64,000 bases of DNA from contig CATNEN010000002.1 of the NCBI GenBank assembly GCA_950097015.1, forward strand, positions 682,001 to 746,000. Direction: 5' to 3'. Below are positions 44,586-55,136 of the stretch, one piece after another (within the stretch, counting starts at the first letter, position 1; every line of letters starts with the position of its first letter). The position numbers and the translations under genes were made by a program. The notes below the pieces were generated by a model. It did not search any database and was not told where the DNA came from. It saw only the letters and a list, made by a program, of their open reading frames with translations. The DNA comes from Macrostomum hystrix. Lineage: Eukaryota; Animalia; Platyhelminthes.

Positions 44586-45309
44586 CAAGAAACCTCATGT
44601 TCCCTCAAAGCCAGCAAAGCGGAAATATCCTCTCAATGGTGGAATCCGGCGCTTGGAAATCCCCAAAGCGGATCGCGCAAAAGAGCAAGGACCAAAAAGA
44701 CCTGACCACTATACGCGATTCGCGACTTCAAGCGTGAGACCAGGAAAGCCAAAGTCTGAAAATTGGCGCCAAAAACTGAGCTAAACTCGAGGGCGACCGC
44801 CCTACCTCTCGCGTAGTAAAGCTCTCACTCTTGACAAAATGTACAAGCTCTCAGTGATAAAAAGACCGGATTACCGGCTTGCTGAGAATCCTGGCGAATC
44901 GCTGGACCCGCCGCACCATAACTCCAGCTGGACTCATCCTAGCAGCTACCATTATCACTAGAGAATGGACAGCTCGCGCTGATCATTCTGCCTCGCTCTT
45001 CATGTCGCCTGGAAACGTCTACATTTACCCCACCTTAGGACCTGCGTCATTCTCGAGTACATCCCGAAAATCGGGTAAATCGATGTTCGGGTTTCTAATG
45101 CTTAAATGTTTTTGCTTCTAGAAATGTCTCCTTTTTCTATACTGTAGATCCGTGGTCTATCAACAGTAAAGCAAAAATATAAATTTATGATAACTAAAGA
45201 GCTGTTCACAAACTCCTGTCATCTATCCGTGTATTTTGAATAAATTTTTATGCTACTTTAAACGCAGATTCTCACATTCTAACCAGCTTGCATATTGATT
45301 GACAGCTTG

Positions 45310-46829
45310 TCAATGAATCAGGCTGAAGTTTGGCATCTTCAGGTTCTTCAGCAGGTCGTTGACCTTGGACTTGATGGGGTTCTCGATGGCCTGGATGATC
45401 TTGCCGCGGACTCCGTTCACGACCAGGGTGGCGAGGGGGCCCAGGATCCAGTTCAGAGGTCCGAGGCCACTGACCTTCACGCCAATGTTGGACACCTCGG
45501 TGATGTTGAACTGCTCCAGGACGGCCTTCAGGTCGTTGTCAATGTCGGCGTGCAGGCGAGCGCGGACACGGACAGTCTGGACCGTCAGCTCGATGCCAGC
45601 CGAGATCCTGATGGCCATGAACCAGGCGCTGGCGCGGAAGCTGCCCCACAGACCGTTGACACCGACGGCGCCGTCGATGGTGAGTCGATTTCCGGTCTGC
45701 TGGAGGCCGAAGTTGCCAGTTCGGTGGATGCTGGACAGGCTGCGAAGGCTGCCCTGGCTGATGCTGGCGCCGCCGTGCCAGGTGACGAACCAGATCTTCT
45801 TGGAGAAGCCGGTGGACATGTCCGGAAGGCTCATTGGGTCCATGCCGTTTTCGCGAAGGTACGGACGCAGATTCTCCATCAGCATGTCAATGTAGGTGTT
45901 GACGGAGTTCTGAACTGGAGACACGCTGAACCGGCTGACGGGCGCAGCGCCGATGCCGCCGATGATGTCGGAAAGCTTGATCTTGGCCAGCTGCTCGTTC
46001 AGGGCGTCCTTGATGATGCGGTTCAGTGGTGGCAGGATCTGGTCCTTGAACTTGTCATACAGCAGCTTGCCAAGCATGTTGAGCAACGTGTTCACAATGT
46101 TGCCCGCGTTGCCACCGCCGATGATGTTCTCCAGGTAGACTTGGATCTGGGAGAACACGATGTGCAGATCGAAGTGGTCGAGCTGCAGCATCTGCATGTC
46201 CTTGATGGTGATGCGGGCGGAGCCTTTGAAATGCAGATCGTTGACCTTCAGGCCGGCCATGCCACGACCGTACAGTGGGAAAATCAGCACCTTGCCCTGC
46301 GTGGGGGTTAAAATAATAGGTAACCTATGTAAATATAATTGCTTAAGGTCCTTCCTGTCTACTTTAAGTAGCTTGGAATCAATAGAAACTGTTTGAAATT
46401 CGCAAACAGCCGATCGATGCGACTCACGTCCAGATCGTAGAAGCTCTGTCCGGTGATTTCCGGCAGGAACAGGTCCAGAGAGAAGCTCAGAGTGTTCAGG
46501 TCGCCCTTGACCTCGCGAACAACAAAGCTGGACAGACCTTCCATAATGAGGTCCAGCATGTGCAGACGGATGTGGGCGACGCCCTCCTTGATTTCGGTCC
46601 TGATCTCCGGCATGTGCAGCGGCTCCAGCGGCGGAATGCCGAGCTCCGGGATGCCCTTCGGCATCTCCTCCTTCAGGTTTTCCAGCAGGGCCTTGATGTA
46701 GCGGTTCAGAGACTCGTTCTCGTCTTCGGTGAACACTCGATCGCTGGCGACGGCAGTGTCGGGCAGGCGGGCGCTCAGGCTGACCGAGGCCAGCGACAGG
46801 AGCGCCAGGGCGCACACGAGCTTCAGCAT
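45310..46829 (-). CDS. Secreted two-domain TULIP lipid-binding protein: Takeout/JHBP domain + Der p 7 (group 7 allergen)-like domain, 462 aa
   Basis: Exons 46829-46428 and 46296-45310 (131-bp GT/AG intron, phase 0). Signal peptide MLKLVCALALLSLASVSLS, JHBP hallmark GIPELGIPPLEPL, second domain NTYIDMLMENL...GMDPMSLPD. A 5' UTR intron is likely at 47956-46866. Confidence 0.85.
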
Positions 46830-46894
46830 GACGCTGCGGATGGCGGGATGGGGGGCGATGGGATCCTGGAGACATGAGCGATTGTGGGGTAAGA

Positions 46895-47906
46895 AACAAG
46901 AGGTCATTGTGAAGGATCATGGAGAAGAAGCTACTGATCATTGTGAAGGATCATGGAGAAGAAGCTACTGATCATTGTGAAGAATCATGGAGAAGAAGCT
47001 ACTGATCATTGTGAAGAATCATGGAGAAGAAGCTACTGATCATTGTGAGGGATCATGGAGCAGAAGCTACTGATCATTGTGAGGGATCATGGAGAAGAAG
47101 CTACTGATCATTGTGAAGGATCATGGGATCGGAGCAGAAGCTACTGATCATTGTGAAGGATCATGGAGAAGAAGCTACTGATCATTGTGAAGGATCATGG
47201 AGAAGAAGCTACTGATCATTGTGAAGGATCATGGAGAAGAAGCTACTGATCATTGTGAAGGATCATGGAGAAGAAGCTACTGATCATTGTGAAGGATCAT
47301 GGAGAAGAAGCTACTGATCATTGTGAAGGATCATGGAGAAGAAGCTACTGATCATTGTGAAGGATCATGGAGAAGAAGCTACTGATCATTGTGAAGGATC
47401 ATGGAGAAGAAGCTACTGATCATTGTGAAGGATCATGGAGAAGAAGCTACTGATCATTGTGAAGGATCATGGAGAAGAAGCTACTGATCATTGTGAGGGA
47501 TCATGGAGAAGAAGCTACTGATCATTGTGAAGGATCATGGAGAAGAAGCTACTGATCATTGTGAAGGATCATGGAGAAGAAGCTACTGATCATTGTGAAG
47601 GATCATGGAGAAGAAGCTACTGATCATTGTGAAGGATCATGGAGAAGAAGCTACTGATCATTGTGAAGGATCATGGAGCAGAAGCTACTGATCATTGTGA
47701 AGGATCATGGAGAAGAAGCTACTGATCATTGTGAAGGATCATGGAGAAGAAGCTACTGATCATTGTGAAGGATCATGGAGAAGAAGCTACTGATCATTGT
47801 GAAGGATCATGGAGAAGAAGCTACTGATCATTGTGAAGGATCATGGAGAAGAAGCTACTGATCATTGTGAAGGATCATGGAGAAGAAGCTACTGATCATT
47901 GTGAAG
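46895..47906. repeat. 34-bp minisatellite (AAGGATCATGGAGAAGAAGCTACTGATCATTGTG) in the 5' UTR intron of the JHBP-like gene
   Basis: About 29 near-identical units. Confidence 0.95.
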
Positions 47907-48639
47907 GTCGTGTAGTGTAAGCAACAGAGAAATTGAGTTAAAAACAGAAAACTTACCTTTGTTTAGCTGCGTTAACAATAGGGCTATGCAATGAAACCAG
48001 AACTGAATTACTAATTCTCAACCAACGGTGGACTAGTTTATATGCTTCGAGGCTTATCAAGAATTTTTTGTGAACTTTTTTTCTGTGGCTCGGCAATAAC
48101 CAGCGAAAATGGCGTTAATGGACAAAACATCTGGCCATTTTGCCAGGTGAGACGGTTCTCGCCAAATTAATTGTTTCTTAAGTCGGCATTTGACTGAATT
48201 ATAATATTAGCTTTTATCTGCAATAATTTATTACCATTAAAACCTAAGGCGACTTGGAATAGCCATTCAATAGTAAATGCTTTATAAGGTGTTGAGTTAG
48301 TTCGCAGGTCTTTTTCTCACGAAGCTTTCCAAATGCCACTTGAAACCCGAAATCGAACCACTTTTTAGCCAATTATCGAACTAGAATCAGCAAATTGTTG
48401 CACACTGATAAGGCCCAAGTGACAGACGACTATAACTACGAGATTTGGGACTTTTCGATTAGAAAAGAGACATTTTCGGCTGTTCCGTCTGCCAATTCAA
48501 ACAAAGGTAAGGCTTGATTTGAAAGGCATTTTAAGTGATTATTTCAATATCATACCAATCTCTAACGCTTCAGAACCATGTCTAACAATTTGGAACCGTG
48601 TCTAACAATTTACAACCGTGTCTAACCAATTTGAACCCT

Positions 48640-49590
48640 ATCTAACACTTCAGAACTTTTCGTAACACTTCAGAACTCTGTATAACACTTCAGAACCATG
48701 TGTAACACTTCAGAACCATGTGTAACACTTCAGAACCATGTGTAACACTTCAGAACCATGTGTAACACTTCAGAACCATGTGCAACACTTCAGAACTCTG
48801 TGTAACACTTCAGAACTCTGTGTAACACTTCAGAACCATGTGTAACACTTCAGAACCATGTGTAACACTTCAGAACTCTGTGCAACACTTCAGAACTCAG
48901 TGTAGCACTTCAGAACTCTGTGTAACACTTCAGAACTCTGTATAACACTTCAGAACTCTGTGTAACACTTCAGAACTCTGTGCAACACTTCAGAACTCTG
49001 TGCAACACTTCAGAACTCTGTATAACACTTCAGAACTCTGTGCAACACTTCAGAACTCTGTGTAACACTTCAGAACTCTGTGTAACACTTCAGAACTCTG
49101 TGTAACACTTCAGAACTCTGTATAACACTTCAGAACTCTGTGTAACACTTCAGAACTCTGTGTAACACTTCAGAACTCTGTGTAACACTTCAGAACTCTG
49201 TGTAACACTTCAGAACTCTGTGCAACACTTCAGAACTCTGTGCAACACTTCAGAACTCTGTGCAACACTTCAGAACTCTGTATAACACTTCAGAACCATG
49301 TGTAACACTTCAGAACTCTGTGTAGCACTTCAGAACCATGTGTAACAATTCAGAACTCTGTGTAGCACTTCAGAACCATGTGTAACAATTCAGAACTCTG
49401 TGTATCACTTCAGAACCATGTGCAACACTTCAGAACTCTGTGCAACACTTCAGAACCATGTGTAACACTTCAGAACTCTGTGTAACACTTCAGAACCATG
49501 TGTAACACTTCAGAACTCTGTGTAACACTTCAGAACTCTGTGCAACACTTCAGAACTCTGTCTAACACTTCAGAACTCTGTTTAACGCTT
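48640..49590. repeat. 20-bp minisatellite (AACACTTCAGAACTCTGTGT)
   Basis: About 47 units. Confidence 0.95.
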
Positions 49591-49698
49591 CAGAACCCTG
49601 ACTATCAACTTTCGGACAATGTCTAACAGTAAAAAAACGTTTATTTTCGATTCTAGTCAAAAGTCTCGTAGAAGACTTCTCAAATCAACTCCAGCGAC

Positions 49699-50007
49699 AT
49701 GCCGAAATTCTGTCTGCTCCTCCTGGCTCTGCTCGTGGCTTGCGCAGGCGCCGCCGCTGCCAACAGTCGCGAAGGTGTTCAACCTGGCGACTATGTGGAG
49801 TCCATTGTGGAAGGCGAGAAGGTGCACTACAACCTGAACGAGATGGAAGAAGACTGGGACATCGAGGTCGAAATCCTGGAGAAGCTGCTGCAGACCAACG
49901 GTCACATCGACATGCTGCCCAACACCAACCCGATGAGTCTGGTGGAGACCGAGAACGGCCAGATCGAGATGCACCCGTGGGAGACCCCCCTGCCTTCTAG
50001 CAAATAA
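49699..50007 (+). CDS. Small secreted acidic protein, 102 aa, unknown family
   Basis: GC3-rich intact ORF with signal peptide MPKFCLLLLALLVACAGAAAA and an upstream acceptor-like TTCTAG at about 49654. AATAAA overlaps the stop. Confidence 0.75.
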   Translation: MPKFCLLLLALLVACAGAAAANSREGVQPGDYVESIVEGEKVHYNLNEMEEDWDIEVEILEKLLQTNGHIDMLPNTNPMSLVETENGQIEMHPWETPLPSSK

Positions 50008-50486
50008 AACTGAAGCATATATTTGAGAGTGGAAAGAATTGTTTAAAAACATCGCGCTAAAACTGTAGTTTCAATTTGTCATTTGCTACACCTAAATTGA
50101 ATGAGAAAATCAATATACGCTTGATTTGCTACTGAGAAGCTCGCACATCTAGTATGATGTTATGCACATTTATTGTGCATAATAATAAAAGTTCGAAGAG
50201 TTTAAAAAAAAACTATTTTTATATCAAAATTTCAAAGTTGGCTTTCAAAATTGCTTAAAAAATGAATTGCATATACGTCCAAGTGAATCCAAGTATCGTA
50301 CGAGCTACCGAGGTGCGTGCAAGGTACGAGGTATGAAGTTTCTTGCTATCTTTTGCTGACAAAATAACAATATTCTTATCGTTCCAAGAAGGAGAGCTAC
50401 GGATGCAGACAGTGAAGCAAAAACAAAAGATAAAATTTGCTGCCCACTTTTATAAATTCACTGTTTCATATGTGCTCACCGGCTCC

Positions 50487-51313
50487 TTATTCCACATTCA
50501 GCACCACCAGTCGCGTGTTGGCAATGTCAGCCACAACCAACTGCTTGCACGCACCTCCCGTCACCACCGCCAGGCCGTATGGATTATAAGGGCTGCCGCG
50601 CTCTCCCGTCACCCTCAGAGTCCACAGCAGCGACCCGTCGTCGGCAGCCACCGCTCGCACTGAGTGACCACTCCACTCACTCACGAACAGGCGGCCTCTC
50701 CTGTCCACGGCCACACCCGCTGGCAAAACAAACTCTTTGAGGCCGCAACGCTCAGTCGGGTGCGAGGCGACCACCTGCTGGGTGTCAATGCGCACTCTGT
50801 GCACCTGATTGTGCTTCCAGTCTGTCACCAGAATACAGTTGTCGTGAATCGCTAGGTTGCCCAGTCCAGCATCAGGAAACTCAGTCAGCGTGATGACCCA
50901 CTCCATCTCGCCAGTCGCTTTGCTGAATGCAACAATTTTGTTGCCACCAGACACAAACACGGAGGCTGCGTTGCCGCCGATTCCCTCAATGCCACGAAAG
51001 CCCTCGATTCGAGGTTTGTGGTTCGATTCGACGCACCTTTCGACCGCTCAGGTCCGTCACTGTCACTGCGTCAACTTGAGCAATGAACAGCAGTTGACGG
51101 TCGCCATGAAGACCCCAGATTGTCTTCTTCCAGCCGATGTCGCAGTGGCACCGCAGCTTCTTCGAGCCGTCCACAGACAGCATCTGAAGGTGATCTTTGC
51201 AATATAATGATGCGAAGATGCATGGCTGAGGCAGAGCCTCACCCCCGCCACTCGCTGACTCGGCAGACACCACACGGCCTGAGCGGTCACCAACGAATTC
51301 GCTGGTGTCGCTG
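50487..51313 (-). pseudogene. 5'-truncated, frameshifted copy of the NHL-repeat gene (copy 3)
   Basis: Homology to 53532..55136 begins at the SDTS codons. A 7-nt insertion at about 51008-51014 shifts the frame. The 3' ORF 50487..50960 is open. Confidence 0.85.
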
Positions 51314-51315
51314 AA

Positions 51316-51724
51316 CTCCTCCTTCCCCCGTCCTCCCCCTTCCTCCACCTTCCTCCTTCCTCCTTCCTTCTCCTTCCTCCTTCCTTCCTCCTCCTTCCTC
51401 CTTCCTTCCTCCTCCTTCCTCCTTACTCCCTCGTCCTTCCTCCTCCTTCCTCCTTCCTCCTCCTTCCTCCTTCCTCCTTCCTCCTTCCTTTCTCCTTCCC
51501 CCTTCCTCCTCCTTCCTCCTTCCTTCCTCTTTCCTCCCTCCTCCTCCTTCCTCCTTCCTCTTTCCTCCCTCCTCCTCCTTCTCCTTCCTCCTTTCTCCTC
51601 TTTCCTTCCTCCTCCTTCCTCCTCCTTCCTCCTTCCTTCTCCTTCCTTCCTCCTCCTTGCTCCTTCCTCCTTCCTCCTCCTTCCTCCTTCCTCCTTCCTC
51701 CTCCTTCCTCCTTCCTCCTTCCTC
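51316..51724. repeat. Polypyrimidine (CCT/CCTT) low-complexity tract
   Basis: About 410 bp, almost entirely C/T, directly abutting the truncation point of NHL copy 3. Confidence 0.92.
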
Positions 51725-51959
51725 CATTGCAAAAAACATTCCAAAAAAGAAATAACAAAAACAAATTATAACAATGGCACGCTATATTGATATATTTTAT
51801 CATTTACATGCCTAATTACCACATACATGTTTTCACATATTTTATCAAATACTACTAATTGTTCCTCTCGTTAAAACTTCAAACGCATAAACAAAAGACC
51901 CTTTTCACCGAACCACTCCTGCAAATTCTCTGCTTCATCTACGCTCACTCACTGACCAC

Positions 51960-52798
51960 TCACTCCATATTCAGCACCACCAGTCGCTTGTTCCCAAAGT
52001 CAGCCACCACCAGCTGCTCGCGGGCGCCTCCCGTCACCACCGCCAGACCGCTTGTATAATTAAATCTGCCGGCACCGCTGCCGCTCTCGCCCGGCACCCC
52101 CAGAGTCCACAGCAGCGACCCGTCGTCTGCAGCCACCGCTCGCACTGAGTCACCCCAATATTCACTCACGAACAGGCGGCCTCTCCTGTCCACGGCCACA
52201 CCCACTGGCCGAGCAAACTCTTTGAGGCCGCAACGCTCAGTCGGGTGCGAGGCGACCACCTGCTGGGTGTCAATGCGCACTCTGTGCACCTGATTGTGCT
52301 TCCAGTCTGTCACCAGAATACAGTTGTCGTGAATCGCTAGGTTGCCCAGTCCAGCATCAGGAAACTCAGTCAGCGTGATGACCGTCTCCATCTCGCCAGT
52401 CGCTTTGCTGAATGCAACAATTTTGTTGCCACCAGACACAAACACGGAGGCTGCGTTGCCGCCGATTCCCTCAATGCCACGAAAGCCCTCGATTCGAGGT
52501 TTGTGGTTCGATTCGACGCACCTTTCGACCGCTCAGGTCCGTCACTGTCACTGCGTCAACTTGAGCAATGAACAGCAGTTGACGGTCGCCATGAAGACCC
52601 CAGATTGTCTTCTTCCAGCCGATGTCGCAGTGGCACCGCAGCTTCTTCGAGCCGTCCACAGACAGCATCTGAAGGTGATCTTTGCAATATAATGATGCGA
52701 AGATGCATGGCTGAGGCAGAGCCTCACCCCCGCCACTCGCTGACTCGGCAGACACCACACGGCCTGAGCGGTCACCAACGAATTCGCTGGTGTCGCTG
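51960..52798 (-). pseudogene. 5'-truncated, frameshifted copy of the NHL-repeat gene (copy 2)
   Basis: Same truncation point and same 7-nt insertion (52493-52499) as copy 3, offset by 1485 bp. The 3' ORF 51960..52445 is open. Confidence 0.85.
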
Positions 52799-52800
52799 AA

Positions 52801-53250
52801 CTCCTCCTTCCCCCGTCCTCCCCCTTCCTCCACCTTCCTCCTTCCTCCTTCCTTCTCCTTCCTCCTTCCTTCCTCCTCCTTCCTCCTTCCTTCCTCCTCC
52901 TTCCTCCTTACTCCCTCGTCCTTCCTTCCTCCTTCCTCCTTTCTCCCCTTCCTTCCTCCTCCTTCCTCCTTCCTCCTTCCTCCTTTCTCCCCTTCCTTCC
53001 TCCTCCTTCCTCCTTCCTCCTTCCTCCTTTCTCCCCTTCCTTCCTCCTCCTTCCTCCTTCCTCCTTCCTCCTTTCTCCCCTTCCTTCCTCCTCCTTCCTC
53101 CTTCCTCCTTCCGCCCTCCTTCCTCCTTCCTTCTCCATCCTCCTTCCTCCTTCCTCCTTCCTCCTCCATCCCCCTTCCTCCTTCCTCCTTCCTTCCTCCT
53201 CCTTCCTTCCTCCTCCTTCCTCCTTCCTTCCTCCTCCTTCCTTCCTTCTC
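52801..53250. repeat. Polypyrimidine (CCT/CCTT) low-complexity tract
   Basis: About 450 bp, abutting the truncation point of NHL copy 2. Confidence 0.92.
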
Positions 53251-53531
53251 TTTCCTAATTCCTATTTCCTCTAAAAGCATTACAAAGAGCAAAAACAAAA
53301 ACAAAAAGAAAAACAAATAGCAAGAAGGATACGCTATATCATATTTTTCAATCATACCTATGCCAAATAAGCACATACATTTATTGACATATTCATTGAA
53401 TATCAAATTAAAGATCGAATGGCTAATCGTTTCTCTGTTTAAAAATTCAGACACATAAACAAAAGAGCCAATTGACCGAACCACTACTGCAAAGTCTCTG
53501 CTTCATCTACGACTGCTTCATCACTGCCGAC

Positions 53532-55136
53532 TCACTCCACATTCAGCACCACTAGTCGACGGCGCCAATAGTCAGCAACAACCAGATGCTCGCGCACGCC
53601 TCCAGTCACCACCGCAAGACCGCATGGACCATTGAGTCCGCCGCCACCGCAGCCGCTCTCGCCCGGCACCCCCAGAGTCCACAGCAGCGACCCGTCGTCT
53701 GCAGCCACCGCTCGCACTGAGTCACCCCAATATTCACTCACGAACAGGCGGCCTCTCCTGTCCACGGCCACACCCACTGGTACAGCAAACCTTTTGAGAC
53801 CGCAACGCTCAGTCGGGTGCGAGGCGACCACCTGCTGGGTGTCAATGCGCACTCTGTGAACCTGATTCTGCTTCCAGTCTGTCACCAGAATGCAGTTGTC
53901 GTGAACCACCAGGTTGCCCAGTGTAGCATCAGGAAACTCAGTCAGCGTGATGACCGTCTCCATCTCGCCAGTCGCTTTGCTGAAGGCAACAATTTTGTTG
54001 CCACCAGACACAAACACGGAGGCTGCGTTGCCGCCGATTCCTCTGATGTCACCGAAGCCCTCGATTTGTGGTTTGATTCGACGCACCTTTCGACCGCTCA
54101 GGTCCGTCACTGTCACTGCGTCAGATTGAGCAATGAACAGCAGCTGACGGTCACAGTGAAGACCCCAGATGTCCCTCTTCCAGTCGATGTCGCAGTGGCA
54201 CCGCAGCTTCTTCGAGCCGTCCACAGACACCACCTGAAGGTGATTCTTGCCATCGACTGATGCGAAGATGCAGGGCTCAGGCAGAGCCTCACCGCCGTCA
54301 CTCGCTGACTCGGCGGCCACCACACGGCCCGAACGGTCACCAACGAATCCGCTGGTGTCGCTGCACACCGCCAGCCACTTAACCAAGCCATCCAGCTTCA
54401 CCTCGTGACTGTACACAATCGGATCGAGCAATGCCTGTCTCGCCATCGCCTTCATTGCGTCGTCAATCTCCTCGGGTGTCGCGCTGACCTCAGCGTCTCT
54501 CCAGCCCTCACCAGTCCACACGTTCACACGAGCCAACGCTCTGCCGAACTGCTCCGACACCTGCCCCAGTCGCTCCAGCTGCTGCTCCGCTCCCAAACTC
54601 TCCTCCAGCGACTTCTGCAGCCGATCAAAGTCCGCCTTCAAGTCATCGAGCGACAACTCCATCGACATCGTCAGCTCGACAAGCTTCGACATCTCGCCTG
54701 CAGCTTCCGCCATCGACGTCTCCTGCCTGTAGCTTCTCACATCGTCCATGTCCCTCTGCCACACACGCGCTGTCTCAATCCGAGCTATCATCGGACCTGT
54801 CAGTCGATCTTCACTCGAATCCTGGTATCTCCGCATCGTCTCATACAGCTGCTTCGCCCGTCGCAACTGCTCCTCCATCTCGTGAATCCAATCTCCTCCA
54901 CCACCTGCTGCACTGCCGCCTGCAGCTTCGGCTTGTGGGAAGGCACGCAGCTTCTCTGCGACCTTCTCCTTCAGCTTGAGGGCATCCGCCACATCAACAC
55001 TCAGGTGTTCCGAGCACAGGTAGCGCTCGGAGAACGGACCCAGGCCGACTGCAGCTTTTTGGCAGACGACGCAGATTGGGATCACTTCAGGAGGTCCTTC
55101 GGAACTCGAGCTGTCGCTGGAGTCTCCACGCTGCAT
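53532..55136 (-). CDS. Intronless B-box-like zinc finger + coiled-coil + NHL-repeat beta-propeller protein (TRIM-NHL-like, no RING), 534 aa
   Basis: CVVC...YLCSEH at the N-terminus, a helical E/L-rich middle, and NHL motifs ILVTDWKQNQVHRV, FAVPVGVAVDRRGRLFVSE and LNGPCGLAV...LVVADY. Acceptor TTTCCAG just upstream of the ATG. Confidence 0.88.
   Translation of the reverse strand: MQRGDSSDSSSSEGPPEVIPICVVCQKAAVGLGPFSERYLCSEHLSVDVADALKLKEKVAEKLRAFPQAEAAGGSAAGGGGDWIHEMEEQLRRAKQLYETMRRYQDSSEDRLTGPMIARIETARVWQRDMDDVRSYRQETSMAEAAGEMSKLVELTMSMELSLDDLKADFDRLQKSLEESLGAEQQLERLGQVSEQFGRALARVNVWTGEGWRDAEVSATPEEIDDAMKAMARQALLDPIVYSHEVKLDGLVKWLAVCSDTSGFVGDRSGRVVAAESASDGGEALPEPCIFASVDGKNHLQVVSVDGSKKLRCHCDIDWKRDIWGLHCDRQLLFIAQSDAVTVTDLSGRKVRRIKPQIEGFGDIRGIGGNAASVFVSGGNKIVAFSKATGEMETVITLTEFPDATLGNLVVHDNCILVTDWKQNQVHRVRIDTQQVVASHPTERCGLKRFAVPVGVAVDRRGRLFVSEYWGDSVRAVAADDGSLLWTLGVPGESGCGGGGLNGPCGLAVVTGGVREHLVVADYWRRRLVVLNVE

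Noticed and set aside
44760-44775. E2F-like TTTTGGCGCCAA
   Set aside because: No gene start nearby, and a short motif like this is expected by chance.
44880-45100. Searched for a 2A peptide or HDV-like ribozyme at the LINE remnant's 5' side
   Set aside because: No NPGP motif or convincing nested pairing was found by eye.
45295-46311. 338-aa plus-strand ORF
   Set aside because: Antisense shadow of the GC3-rich JHBP-like exon 2, with no independent features.
45310-46941. 543-aa single-exon ORF as listed
   Set aside because: Its N-terminal third is off-frame read-through of exon 1 and the intron. The spliced model (46829-46428 + 46296-45310) gives a signal peptide and the JHBP motif.
50986-53484. 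ORFs 50986..51744 and 52471..53484 with long K/E/G/R-rich N-termini
   Set aside because: They read through polypurine tracts into pseudogene sequence and stop at the shared frameshift, with no credible start context.
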